From positions 165,676 to 229,675 of IMG/VR virus record IMGVR_UViG_3300013093_000017: 64,000 bases of DNA. The stretch is one strand, 5' to 3'. The notes under the pieces were generated by a model. The model was given only the letters and a program-made list of their open reading frames with translations, was not told where the DNA came from and did no database searches. The position numbers were made by a program, and so were the translations under genes. Within the stretch, counting starts at the first letter, position 1. Each line of letters starts with the position of its first letter. This document shows, piece after piece, positions 11,111 through 21,658 of the stretch.

Positions 11111-14100
11111 TTAGCTAGTAGTTACTATTGTAGATGCTGCTTTTAATTCAGATGCTGTTAAACTTGTGATGATTTGTATATCATTTATTGTTGCACCATT
11201 GATGAAAATCTCATTACTTAAACAGGTAATTTGATATAAACTACCAAACCCATTATCCTGTTTAGGTACTAACACAAAATTGGTTATATCAGGAGTCATT
11301 ATGTTCATTACATAAGTCGATAATTCACTGAAGTTAAATGTTTGACCAAAATCCCAATTTTGAATAGCAAAGAAATCTTCAATTGCTGCCAAAATTCTTG
11401 TTTGTAAATCTGTAGTACTTACGGTTCTTGCAGGATTTACCACAGCTTTAAATGTACCCTGTAATGGACCAACTGCTTGACCACCAAACAATACTTTGTA
11501 ATTTACTGGATGATAAATTAGCTCATCACTAATTGCCTTAATTGGCTCTAATGTAGCAGCGTAGTTTTCTTCTAAACTTTGTGTTGTAGGAGGTAACGGT
11601 GCTGTTCCTGTGCCACTTGCTAGCCAATTTCTGTAATCCGAATCATATGCTTTGGTTAATAGATAGATATCTATAATGTTCGATTTGCTAGGATCAATTC
11701 TACGTTCATTGCCACTGTTATGTACATAATGGAATTTTAATCCACTACGTCCCGACTGTGCATAATATGTAGGTTCTAACACAAATCCGCCTAATGTAGA
11801 AGAATAGCTCTTAACCACATTTACTGTTGGATCATAGAAATAATATAATTGACCGTCTATTCGATCTTCCGGTAATACTAGATCTTCTGTAGGGTATGGT
11901 AATATATCACCTGTGTATAAAGAATATCGTAATCCGTCAGCCGAGGTTTGGAAATAAACAAATTTGTTAAGATATCCAGTTTGTGTACTAGTGCTGGCAG
12001 ACTGAACAATATTTTCAAACGCATCCGGGTCATCAATTTGACCATCATCATTATGATCAAAGAAACTAACTGATACTTTCTTAGGTTCAATATAGCCATC
12101 TGGTTCTATTACAGCACTATCAACTTGCCATGAATAATCTATACCTAAATATCCTTGACTAGTTGGAAGTTTATTAATTGATAATACATCTACATGGTCT
12201 TTAATAACAGTATCAGTAACAAAGTCATAATTCTTCTTAGAACTATCTATGAAAAACGCAGTTTCTTGCGCACTTTCAAATATGTATTCTGTAGTACGAT
12301 ATCTAACTACATATTTCTTACCTGTCCATTCAAATGCCATCATCCAACTAGCATCTTTATTTGTATTAGATACATCTTGTTGGAATAGTAAACTAAATGG
12401 ACTCTTCAAATCAATGTTAGCATCAGTGACTACATACCATGCTCTAGTTGTTGAATCAAAACTCAATCCAAAATTGCGTTTAGATAAACATAGATTTGTA
12501 ATTTCAGTTTCTAATGAGGATGAAATTATATTATCAAATACCGGGATAACTGCCGCAGGGCTGGCACTCGATGCCGGAATACCTGTACCTGGAATTGTAC
12601 CTGTTAAGATAACTGGACCTGTTCCGTCTGAAAGATTTCCTGCGCCACTATTAGCCCCATCACCTACTACATTTACAATCTGTGTCCATATATAAGATCT
12701 AGTAGTATCATCTGATATAGATGTTAATTTACCACTTGGTAGAAAGTATTGTCCTGTAGGTGGTATCATTTTAACCAAAGCACCTGGCACAAAAAACGAC
12801 AAGTTATCACTAGCATAAGATCCAAGCGTTGCCGGACCTGTGGTTAAATTTTTGAAATAACCACGTGTTTGATTTGTGGTCTTATTTGATTGATTCCATG
12901 ATAGTGGATAGCTAGCAGAATCTAATACCAATTGCGGATATTTTGATAGATAGAATGATTTGAAACTAGGAGAATCAATAACTGGTTCAACTTGAGTTTT
13001 AATCACACTTAGGATTTCGTTTCTACTAGTAAACGTAAATTCAAAATTGTATTCTTTATCTTTTTTGTATAGAATACCATCATTGGCAAAGATATTAGTA
13101 CTACTATATTTTCCACTCACATCACTTAATTCATAATATTTGCTAATACCACTAGCAACACGATTAACACTCTTAACTTTAAGAATATCCGAATCAACAG
13201 TAATTGGAGCAATGTTATAATCTTCCGCAGTGATCATACGATTTTGTGTATAATATGCCTGTGGTGCTTTTAATTGTATATCTGCATTAGATTCACTTGC
13301 GGCAGAATTTGTAACGCTGTATTGTAGACTTAATACAATTGTTAATATATTTGACTGACCGTTACTGCTATAATAAGGAATCTGTACACTTACATTACTT
13401 AACTGTTCAGGCTTAACGGTATATGATAGGCCGTTACTTTGACGATAGTACAGTCTGAATGGGCCGTTTGGTAAATTGCCAAAACTACCATCTGCGAATG
13501 ACAAATCAATCTGATCAGTGTCTCTTGATAATACGCTATAGATATTGCGAATATTTTGGTTTAAACTGTTATAAATTACGTTATTTCCGGTGGTTGCGGC
13601 CACTTTTGTCCACAGATCTTGATGGGTTTTGCCATCTGCTGACATTTGCCATAACCACACATCTGTATCATTAATATTAGAAACATTAACACCTATTAAT
13701 TCATTAGGTACCGGATTTGCAACGTTGAAATTTTGTGCTGTTAATGATCCTTGACGGAATTGTATAAAGAATCCCGTATTGGCACTCGAACTACCTTTAT
13801 TATCATTTTGAAATATAATACCAAAGTTATTTCCAGGCAACGGAGTATCTTCATAGATATAAGTTTGTCCGCTAAAGGTAGATGGCACCAATTCAAAACT
13901 CATTTGTGTACCAGCTATGTTCTTATTGAAAGAATAGATAGGCACATCAGTAGTACTGGTATTGATTTTATATTGTTCTGTTGCGATGCCGTTGATAGTT
14001 GCCGCAGCAAAAGGCTTACCAAATACTGTAGGATTGGTCATCGCAGCATTAATGATAGAAATAAACTGTTGATACCAATTGCTGTTTGTAGGATCATTCC

Positions 14101-14527
14101 ATCCTATAATTGAATTAGCAAGATTAATTCCGTTATTATCTATTACACTTTCTGTAGTGGCAATAGATGTAATTTTTAATAGGCCGTTAGCTGGTGTATT
14201 GCGTTTAGCATTATAGTTAATTAGACGAGCAAGACGCAGGATGCTGTCACGACGTTGCGCTGTTTCTAAGAAATTTTCACGAGCATTTAGGTCGATGCGG
14301 AAACTTAGGTTCTGACCTAAGAATGCAATTAAATCGATAAGGGCAACATATTCGCTACTGTCTATATAATCATTGAAATCTTCCGGATAATTCTCACGAA
14401 GATATGTGATCATAGTACGGCGTAATGTTTCAAAATCGTAACTTTGGAATTCAGCGTTTTTGAAACTCTGATATATCTTGGTCCAGTCTTCTGCGACCAG
14501 TAATTGATTAGTTGTTGATGGTATCAT
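11111..14527 (-). CDS. gp6: Baseplate wedge protein, T4 gp6-like
   Basis: N-terminal YDFETLR...FNDYIDSSE...LIDLIAF...ENFLETAQRRDSILRLARLINY and internal QNRMITAEDY motifs typical of gp6; adjacent to gp25. Confidence 0.85.
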   Translation of the reverse strand: MIPSTTNQLLVAEDWTKIYQSFKNAEFQSYDFETLRRTMITYLRENYPEDFNDYIDSSEYVALIDLIAFLGQNLSFRIDLNARENFLETAQRRDSILRLARLINYNAKRNTPANGLLKITSIATTESVIDNNGINLANSIIGWNDPTNSNWYQQFISIINAAMTNPTVFGKPFAAATINGIATEQYKINTSTTDVPIYSFNKNIAGTQMSFELVPSTFSGQTYIYEDTPLPGNNFGIIFQNDNKGSSSANTGFFIQFRQGSLTAQNFNVANPVPNELIGVNVSNINDTDVWLWQMSADGKTHQDLWTKVAATTGNNVIYNSLNQNIRNIYSVLSRDTDQIDLSFADGSFGNLPNGPFRLYYRQSNGLSYTVKPEQLSNVSVQIPYYSSNGQSNILTIVLSLQYSVTNSAASESNADIQLKAPQAYYTQNRMITAEDYNIAPITVDSDILKVKSVNRVASGISKYYELSDVSGKYSSTNIFANDGILYKKDKEYNFEFTFTSRNEILSVIKTQVEPVIDSPSFKSFYLSKYPQLVLDSASYPLSWNQSNKTTNQTRGYFKNLTTGPATLGSYASDNLSFFVPGALVKMIPPTGQYFLPSGKLTSISDDTTRSYIWTQIVNVVGDGANSGAGNLSDGTGPVILTGTIPGTGIPASSASPAAVIPVFDNIISSSLETEITNLCLSKRNFGLSFDSTTRAWYVVTDANIDLKSPFSLLFQQDVSNTNKDASWMMAFEWTGKKYVVRYRTTEYIFESAQETAFFIDSSKKNYDFVTDTVIKDHVDVLSINKLPTSQGYLGIDYSWQVDSAVIEPDGYIEPKKVSVSFFDHNDDGQIDDPDAFENIVQSASTSTQTGYLNKFVYFQTSADGLRYSLYTGDILPYPTEDLVLPEDRIDGQLYYFYDPTVNVVKSYSSTLGGFVLEPTYYAQSGRSGLKFHYVHNSGNERRIDPSKSNIIDIYLLTKAYDSDYRNWLASGTGTAPLPPTTQSLEENYAATLEPIKAISDELIYHPVNYKVLFGGQAVGPLQGTFKAVVNPARTVSTTDLQTRILAAIEDFFAIQNWDFGQTFNFSELSTYVMNIMTPDITNFVLVPKQDNGFGSLYQITCLSNEIFINGATINDIQIITSLTASELKAASTIVTTS

Positions 14528-14576
14528 AGTGTTTTCTCATTGATACCGTATTTATGGAAAATATAAAGTAGGTATA

Positions 14577-15017
14577 TTATTGTGCGATTAAACCGAGCTC
14601 TTTATCAAATGCCAGCTGCATATTGGAGGTTTGGTCAGTACCAACATATAATAATGTTACTTCTAACAGCATGCCATACTCTTGTTCGTTGATATTGATC
14701 TGTATTGGAACAACTCTAGGATCTGAATTACATATACGACTTACATCGTCACTGATTGCCTGTTTGGTAGACTGTGTAAATGGATCAAATAGTGTATCCC
14801 AAACAATAGTGCCAAATGTTGGATTCATAACTCGTTCACCCCGACGAGTGTTAAATTGATTTACAATATCTTGTTTGATAAGATCAAAATCATATAACTT
14901 AGTTGTGCCAAGGGTGTCTGCGTTAATAGAACTATAACCTACATAGAACTGACTCTGCTTGGTCGTTTGTTGTAGACTATTTTGTGACGGATTAAGTTCA
15001 ATATTTTTGTATGCCAT
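14577..15017 (-). CDS. gp25: Baseplate wedge subunit / sheath initiator, gp25-like
   Basis: T-R-R-GER-VMNPTFGT...LFDP and DPRV motifs of the GPW/gp25 family. Confidence 0.9.
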   Translation of the reverse strand: MAYKNIELNPSQNSLQQTTKQSQFYVGYSSINADTLGTTKLYDFDLIKQDIVNQFNTRRGERVMNPTFGTIVWDTLFDPFTQSTKQAISDDVSRICNSDPRVVPIQININEQEYGMLLEVTLLYVGTDQTSNMQLAFDKELGLIAQ

Positions 15018-15034
15018 AGTGTATTATTTATTGA

Positions 15035-17287
15035 CTAGACCGTCACTCCTGCTTTAGATAATACTTGTTCTACTTCGCGTTTATGCACAGATACCGTAGC
15101 TTCTACCATAGCAGGAGTAAAGTATCCTAATCTTTGAGGATCAAATCCTTTATTAGCACTATACCAAGACCCCGATTTAGGATCTCCAGCAACTGCAATT
15201 TGTTGATCAGCTGCGGCAAATCTAAATGCCGGTAGCAAGATTGTTAGATATATATTACCTAGGGTAGGATTAGGACATTTTGCATTTGGCCAGCCCCATA
15301 ATTTATTAAAATATGCTTGCACATAATCCATTTGTCCAACACGAGACATTTGACGCAAGGCATCAGTGGTAGTCCCGAGTCCCTTAGCAGCATCTTTACC
15401 GAATTGTATTAATCCAGTAAATCCTAAATTATTTGTTATCGCAGGATCAAACGTCCTTGCACTTTCTAAGTTCATACATGCTAATAAATCAATAACAGGG
15501 AATCCCAATGCGCCGGCTACTGATTTAACTTTGTCTAAGAATGGTTGATCAGTACTCCACGGAAATGGTTGGCCTTGAAATGTACCACGGTCACTTGCTG
15601 GACCGTTCTTAGCAGGATACGGAGTATTTGCGCTCGGATCTGCCGGAACAACCACACCATTTTTAGTAGTTTGTGTTGCTTGAATTCCACTGTTTGTTTT
15701 GTCTAATGTAAATTGATTAGGATTAATGTTTTCATGTTGGTCCCAAGGTTCGTGCATCGGAACACGTTGCATAATTGTTAATAAATCACCGGCTTTATAG
15801 AAATGACCATTTGACCATCCTTGTGCTGGGTCTCGACGAGGAACAGAATATAAATTTAATGGTATCGGAGATGCTGCACTCATTGCGGCAATAGCAGCAG
15901 TTGCAGAAGGAGCACCACTTGGATTATTATCGCTACTACGTGAAATAGTTGAATAATGATCAGTTGCACTAGCCCACGTATTATGGGTATCAGCCCCAGT
16001 CCATGTAAATTTAGTACCTTGCCATCTATAACTTGATGAGCCTGTTACAGTTTCGTTGTAGGTTCCTACTGTAAATTGTTTTGCCGATACTGTTTCTAGG
16101 TAGTTTACAGATTTTACATCAATGTCCTTTGCTGCGGTTGTATAGATGGTACCATTCGAATTTACATGAATATCCCCCGATACCAGCGTCTTAGATGTTT
16201 CGCCAATCGTAACATCACTTGTTCCACTAATTAATGTACTCATTGTGTCACATATTGTATTATAATTTGATTTAACATTAATATTCATGTCACCTGTTAC
16301 TGTGGCAACATTAAAATTTCTTCCTGCTTCGATATTAAAATCTCGATCGGCTCTTAGATTAAAATCTCCTTCGGTATGGATGCTGACACTGTCTGCTGCA
16401 TAGATATCAATTTTACCGTTTGAGGTAAGCTCTATCCAGGCAGTTCCTTTGCTGTTGGCAATATAAACCAAATCTGAACTATTGTGTAACAAAATTTGAT
16501 GGCCGGTTCTAGTACGTATACGCACTAATTCATTTTGACCATTCTGGTCACCATCATCCATTACGAACTGTGTTCCGCCAAGTCGACTGATAGGAACATT
16601 TGCTTTTGTTTCATATCCCACTATGCCCTGTTGTGAGCCTGCCGATTTATCCAATGGACCAGGTGTGCTAATACCAAATACCATACTAGGTACTTCACGA
16701 CGAGCCGAACTAGAGGTAACTCCTCGAATGTTATCTAATAACAATCCTTGTGCTAGTAATCTATCAGCAAATGGATGTATAGGTTTAAGTTGTGCATTAG
16801 GATTTACATTATCTTTCAATGAACGTTTATGAAATTCTGCCACTGGGAGATTTTTTGTTCCGTATTTTAATTCTTGTTCAGGAGTAATGTAAACATTTTG
16901 ACTGGCAGCAAGTCCCGGAATCATTTGGTCTTGGAATTGATCTGCAATACAGCCCATCCAATATCCTTGGTTGGGATCTCCGTCAACAAAAATAACTAGA
17001 ACAGTGGTACCAATATCTGGAGGTACCATCCACATACCGTAGGATTTTTGTACAGAATTGAAATCACGAGGATCTGTTCCTTCATATTTCACATTGGTAA
17101 CACCGTAGAAAGGACTTAAATATTTTACAATATAGGTTTGGCTTTGTATATTTGCATCGCCGACAAATCCTTTTTCAATTACCACTTCTATCGATCCCAT
17201 ATATGTTGGATCTAACAGATTGGTTATCCTAGCTATGTATGGGCCAGGTCCTGGTAATTTTCCTCTAACTCGTTGATCAATTGGCAT
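15035..17287 (-). CDS. gp5: Baseplate hub/central spike gp5-like protein with C-terminal lytic transglycosylase (SLT-like) domain
   Basis: OB-fold motif PPDIGTTVLVIFVDGDPNQGYWMG, then RTRTGHQ and beta-helix repeats, RVPMHEPW, and a C-terminal ES...GLIQF lysozyme-like motif. Confidence 0.8.
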   Translation of the reverse strand: MPIDQRVRGKLPGPGPYIARITNLLDPTYMGSIEVVIEKGFVGDANIQSQTYIVKYLSPFYGVTNVKYEGTDPRDFNSVQKSYGMWMVPPDIGTTVLVIFVDGDPNQGYWMGCIADQFQDQMIPGLAASQNVYITPEQELKYGTKNLPVAEFHKRSLKDNVNPNAQLKPIHPFADRLLAQGLLLDNIRGVTSSSARREVPSMVFGISTPGPLDKSAGSQQGIVGYETKANVPISRLGGTQFVMDDGDQNGQNELVRIRTRTGHQILLHNSSDLVYIANSKGTAWIELTSNGKIDIYAADSVSIHTEGDFNLRADRDFNIEAGRNFNVATVTGDMNINVKSNYNTICDTMSTLISGTSDVTIGETSKTLVSGDIHVNSNGTIYTTAAKDIDVKSVNYLETVSAKQFTVGTYNETVTGSSSYRWQGTKFTWTGADTHNTWASATDHYSTISRSSDNNPSGAPSATAAIAAMSAASPIPLNLYSVPRRDPAQGWSNGHFYKAGDLLTIMQRVPMHEPWDQHENINPNQFTLDKTNSGIQATQTTKNGVVVPADPSANTPYPAKNGPASDRGTFQGQPFPWSTDQPFLDKVKSVAGALGFPVIDLLACMNLESARTFDPAITNNLGFTGLIQFGKDAAKGLGTTTDALRQMSRVGQMDYVQAYFNKLWGWPNAKCPNPTLGNIYLTILLPAFRFAAADQQIAVAGDPKSGSWYSANKGFDPQRLGYFTPAMVEATVSVHKREVEQVLSKAGVTV

Positions 17288-17289
17288 GG

Positions 17290-20200
17290 TTAACTAACAC
17301 TCTTCATTAATGTAGTTAGCGGACTTGAGGCATTGGCGCTAACACTTCCGAATTTACTAACTACCGACGAACTAATACTTGATACATCTGGCAATCCACT
17401 TGGCACCATTGAACTAATATTGCCAATTGATGCTTCTACACTTAATGATTGTCCAGTAATGCTGCCCAGGCCTGCTTGAGCTGTTGAAAGTTTTCCAGCA
17501 ATACTCGAAGCATCTAATCCCAATCCGCTAGGTAAATTAATACCGCTTGATGCTAACAATTTGTCTACGCCCGGTATAGAACTTGCTCCTGGAATATTTG
17601 CTAAACTTCCGCCTCTATCTAACACTGCTTTGATATCAGTAAGATTATAAGACGGCAACGGTGCTATTGCTATAGGTTGTGTACTAGGAATATTTGCCAG
17701 TGCTGATTTAGGAATATTGTTTAATATCAATCCAGATTTTACTGCTTGATTTACATCTACACCGTCTGGTATAGTTTTAATAGCATCAGTAAGTGCTCCG
17801 GCAACTTTAGATTGTAGGTTAGGACTTAATCCTGATAGACTGCTAAGGTCTACTCCTAGATCTCCTGCAATATTTGCATTGCCTCCAGTTATTCCACTAA
17901 TTTTGGCGCCAACCCCTGATATTAATCCAGCGGCACTACTGCCTAAACTAGTAGCAGCCGACATAGCACTAGTGCCAATTGTTGATGCTGATCCTAATCC
18001 TGATGCTAATGCAGTGCTGGCTAATGCATCTGAGGTAACATTCGGTACACCTGCAGATGCAGCAGTTTTGCCCCATTGTACTATACCTGCAGCAGCCGAA
18101 GAAACTGCGCCCGATGTTCCAGCTACGGCGTTGGTAACTAAATTAGTTACATTGCCTAACGATAGATTACCTGCTAGACTACTAATTGAACTAGGAACCA
18201 ACTGTGATAAACTACCTGGTAATCCTGCCACTGGTAACCCTGCGGTTATTGAAGATAATAAACTATTTGGATCTGCTCTCAATGTAGAAACTGGAGCAGG
18301 AGGAACTGGAGTCGGAGCATCAGCAGCGTTAGGGGCAGTATTTACTAGTGGGGTTCTAGGTTTAATAGGCACATTAGTATCTATTAGTTGTGCTGGTAAA
18401 CGTACTAACGATAGCGTTTGTTTAAATTCGCCATCAGTAAACTTGCTACTAACTTGAATAACTCTAAATACTCCACTATATGGAGCAGTTGCTTGATCAA
18501 AAATTGCCTCACCTGTGGTAAGATCAATATCACTGGGGTTACGGAATGTTACGATTACCATAACATCCTGCGTGGTGTAAGGTGCTTCACCTTCTCCTGC
18601 TTCTTTTGTGTCTGGATTAATTTTTGGTTTATAATTTCCCATGCTACCTGTTACAAGATAGAACGGATCTCCAATAATTTCTATATCCGCTGTACATTGG
18701 TCAACGTTGTTAAGAATAGCTTGATGTAGGTTTTTTGCCAAGGCTGCAAATGGATCACTCTGCGGCTGCCCAGAATTTGCTATTCCTTTAGGGTTTACCT
18801 GTGTAAAGTCAGGGTAGGCTCTTACTGGCTGTACACCAAGTGACGATTCTTGAGATTCGCCCGGTGGTTTACCCAACAATGTAGGAAATGTATTACCTTC
18901 TGTTTGAATTCCGCTGGTTGCCGATGGCATACCTTTTTTATTACCCATTGCCGCAGGAATTGCTTGGAAGAATAATGTATTAAATTTCAAATTAAATTTT
19001 AATATATCAACGTTTGCACCAGTATAGATATAATCATATTCGCGATTAACCATTGTAGATAATTTGCTAGTATCAACAGTACCGGATACTACAGAATTAG
19101 GAATTCTAGTATAATGCATCTTATACGGAATTACCACATATCTATATTTGTAGAACGGTTTATTTGTTGTGCTATCTACTGTGCCTAGGTCTTCCATTTC
19201 AAGATGAACCATGAAGTAATTTACGAATCCTGTGTCAGGATCAACATTATTAGGAAAATCTTTTAATAGTTTTTTAGTATAATCACTGTCACGGATAATT
19301 GACACAATACATTCATGTATATTTGCATTTTCAGCAAAGAATATTGCCGGTGCCTTTGGATCATAATGCACAGTGTTTGTAGCAGTATTGGCCATTACGC
19401 CCGGATCTTCAAATTTATAAACTGCTGGATCTTTTAATAGGTTGATTCCTTGACAGGTATCCCATGATCCGTCAGTTGACCCGGCAACTATGCCAGTCTC
19501 GTCAACCTTAGGTAATACTATTTCATATTGATCACATTTATTTGCGCTAGTATCGCCTTTGGTATTCTTGGCATCGGACTGTATCATTTTATTCAATTCA
19601 TTTGAAAAATTTGATAAGATCTCCCCAACAGTATTACCTACTAATTGTATATTAGATTTTAATACCGCAGGTTCTCCAAAGCCTTTTTCATTAAACGGCA
19701 CACACTTACAATGATATTTTGCGCCACTTTCGGTGACCTCTATATCTAGTGAAGTAAACCCTAACACAAAATATCTTGTTGAATTAGGCACCGGAATAGC
19801 AGTATCTGGCAGATATTGATCATCTGGATATCCTACGAACTCCATCTTTAATAGGTATGGACAATTAGTATACTGATCGTGGCCAGCAGCAACCGCAGAA
19901 ACTTGTAATGCTTCTATGAATCCTGTCATACTGTAGGGTTCTATTAAATCAAATTCTATATTAGTTGCCACACTTAGGCTGGTCTTTTCGTTTTGACCCA
20001 TTACTGTGTCAATACTAACATTGTTGATGTAGAAATCAAATCTGCCTGGACTATTTTTGTTAAATGATGTTACTAGATCCGATACTGATCCGTCTATCGT
20101 GGTAATATCTGAAGTATTGGCATCTGTTGGAGGAATAATACCAGTAGATCCTTTACCTCCAGATCTAGCTATTACGAAATAATCTTGATTGATGCGATAA

Positions 20201-20328
20201 GATTCAGGATCAGTTAACGCTGTTTTCTTTAATGATGCAAGGGTGAATATATAATTGTATGACCGAAAAGAATTTAACGGATTCTTAGCTTTGGTCGTTT
20301 TAGCATTTAAGGTTGCTACATCAGCCAT
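17290..20328 (-). CDS. Baseplate hub protein (gp27/tail protein D-like) with low-complexity C-terminal tail
   Basis: Upstream of gp5; IEIIGDP...GVFRVIQVSSKFTDGEFKQTLSLVR hub-type end motif; last ~350 aa are S/A/G/L rich. Confidence 0.55.
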   Translation of the reverse strand: MADVATLNAKTTKAKNPLNSFRSYNYIFTLASLKKTALTDPESYRINQDYFVIARSGGKGSTGIIPPTDANTSDITTIDGSVSDLVTSFNKNSPGRFDFYINNVSIDTVMGQNEKTSLSVATNIEFDLIEPYSMTGFIEALQVSAVAAGHDQYTNCPYLLKMEFVGYPDDQYLPDTAIPVPNSTRYFVLGFTSLDIEVTESGAKYHCKCVPFNEKGFGEPAVLKSNIQLVGNTVGEILSNFSNELNKMIQSDAKNTKGDTSANKCDQYEIVLPKVDETGIVAGSTDGSWDTCQGINLLKDPAVYKFEDPGVMANTATNTVHYDPKAPAIFFAENANIHECIVSIIRDSDYTKKLLKDFPNNVDPDTGFVNYFMVHLEMEDLGTVDSTTNKPFYKYRYVVIPYKMHYTRIPNSVVSGTVDTSKLSTMVNREYDYIYTGANVDILKFNLKFNTLFFQAIPAAMGNKKGMPSATSGIQTEGNTFPTLLGKPPGESQESSLGVQPVRAYPDFTQVNPKGIANSGQPQSDPFAALAKNLHQAILNNVDQCTADIEIIGDPFYLVTGSMGNYKPKINPDTKEAGEGEAPYTTQDVMVIVTFRNPSDIDLTTGEAIFDQATAPYSGVFRVIQVSSKFTDGEFKQTLSLVRLPAQLIDTNVPIKPRTPLVNTAPNAADAPTPVPPAPVSTLRADPNSLLSSITAGLPVAGLPGSLSQLVPSSISSLAGNLSLGNVTNLVTNAVAGTSGAVSSAAAGIVQWGKTAASAGVPNVTSDALASTALASGLGSASTIGTSAMSAATSLGSSAAGLISGVGAKISGITGGNANIAGDLGVDLSSLSGLSPNLQSKVAGALTDAIKTIPDGVDVNQAVKSGLILNNIPKSALANIPSTQPIAIAPLPSYNLTDIKAVLDRGGSLANIPGASSIPGVDKLLASSGINLPSGLGLDASSIAGKLSTAQAGLGSITGQSLSVEASIGNISSMVPSGLPDVSSISSSVVSKFGSVSANASSPLTTLMKSVS

Positions 20329-20329
20329 A

Positions 20330-20632
20330 TTAGAATCCCAACGCTTTCTTTAATGTTGTTATCTTAGGAAGATATATTGTTTGTCCGGAATATAAATCAT
20401 ATATTGGATCTTGAATTATTGATGGATTTCTTGTGGCAAATACCCACCATAAATCAACGTTTCCGTATAAAGTATATGCTAATAAGTCAGGACGATTTTC
20501 ATATTGGCTTGTTATTGTATATTGAACATCGTCTGCTTCAAAAGGAAAATCGCGTGATGTAAGTACATCAAGGTAAGATCCATTCAACGGAGTGGTATAA
20601 TATGGACTTAATTTAGGATAATTTGATGGCAT
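20330..20632 (-). CDS. Baseplate wedge subunit, gp53-like (LysM-like)
   Basis: RPDLLAYTLYGNVDLWWVFATRNP...DP motif. Start reassigned to ATG 20632, which overlaps the upstream stop. Confidence 0.75.
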   Translation of the reverse strand: MPSNYPKLSPYYTTPLNGSYLDVLTSRDFPFEADDVQYTITSQYENRPDLLAYTLYGNVDLWWVFATRNPSIIQDPIYDLYSGQTIYLPKITTLKKALGF

Positions 20633-21549
20633 TATAGATATCCTTGTACTCGTTGGGTAGATGATAACCAACCATCTACTGTTCCTTTTAACATTTCGCC
20701 TCTACTGTAGATTGGAAGTAATGTTAACTGTACTGTACTGATTGTTGGAACTGAACTATTTCCGTATGCAGATATTGTCTTACCTGTATTGAAATAATCT
20801 ACGTTATCTGGTAAATCTAATCTAAATCCCGAAACTGCAACTGGTGTGTTGTTGAGCATAAAGTCACCGTAGGCTAATAATCGGCATACTGGAGGTGGAC
20901 TACCGGCATTTGTGTCATCACCAAATCGCATTTTTGTCAAAGCACGCAATAGATGTATTACACTAAGGAATATTCCGGCTTCGTTTTCATTCTGTACAGT
21001 AAATTTACCACTTATAGTGATTTCACCTACCTGACTATTCTTATAAAAGTACTGTGTATAATTAGAATGAGGTACATTTAATCCATTATAGTTTGCTTTA
21101 TGTTCAAGATTTATCGTAGGTGTATATGGAAAAATTATTCCGCCAGCTTTGACCAGTTCGTTCTTAGGTCCTGTTGCATGTCCTATCAAATAAGTTTGAG
21201 GAATAAGCAATTTAGTTCGGGTATCGGGTGATCCATTTATTACCGGAACTGCTGGTGTTGCAGTGCTAGGCATCGAACTAAGAGTTGTTGGTCCTGCAGA
21301 AGGAGTAGCGCCGCCACCTGTATAGTAATCCGATGGATTATTAGGATCATAACCGCCCGCTGGTTGCGTAGTATAATCAGGCCCGATATTTGTAGGGTCA
21401 GCATATTTTGCGGCTGTGTCAGCGGCTGAAGCATCTGCACCGGGAACATATCCGCCGCCGATTGATTCTTCTTGACCAGGAACATATCCGCCTGCGACAG
21501 AATAGTCTGGTACGTAGTTAGCTGCTGGTGAATTTGGATCTGTAGCCAT
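20632..21549 (-). CDS. Baseplate/tail tube initiator-like protein (gp48/gp54-like)
   Basis: IFPYTP, ISGKFTVQ and SPPPVCRL motifs resemble tube-initiator folds; first gene of the baseplate operon. Confidence 0.5.
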   Translation of the reverse strand: MATDPNSPAANYVPDYSVAGGYVPGQEESIGGGYVPGADASAADTAAKYADPTNIGPDYTTQPAGGYDPNNPSDYYTGGGATPSAGPTTLSSMPSTATPAVPVINGSPDTRTKLLIPQTYLIGHATGPKNELVKAGGIIFPYTPTINLEHKANYNGLNVPHSNYTQYFYKNSQVGEITISGKFTVQNENEAGIFLSVIHLLRALTKMRFGDDTNAGSPPPVCRLLAYGDFMLNNTPVAVSGFRLDLPDNVDYFNTGKTISAYGNSSVPTISTVQLTLLPIYSRGEMLKGTVDGWLSSTQRVQGYL

Positions 21550-21605
21550 ATTTGTTTATATCCTTATGACATATTTAGCAATAAATAATATACCTACTTA
21601 ATTGG

Positions 21606-21635
21606 TTGACATTCTGTTAATCAAACTGTTATACT
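21606..21635 (+). promoter_or_regulatory. Sigma70-type promoter upstream of gp55
   Basis: TTGACA (21606-11), 18-nt spacer, TG-extended TATACT (21630-35), then AAGGAG RBS. Confidence 0.75.
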
Positions 21636-21658
21636 TAACAAAAGGAGTTTCGCGCCAC

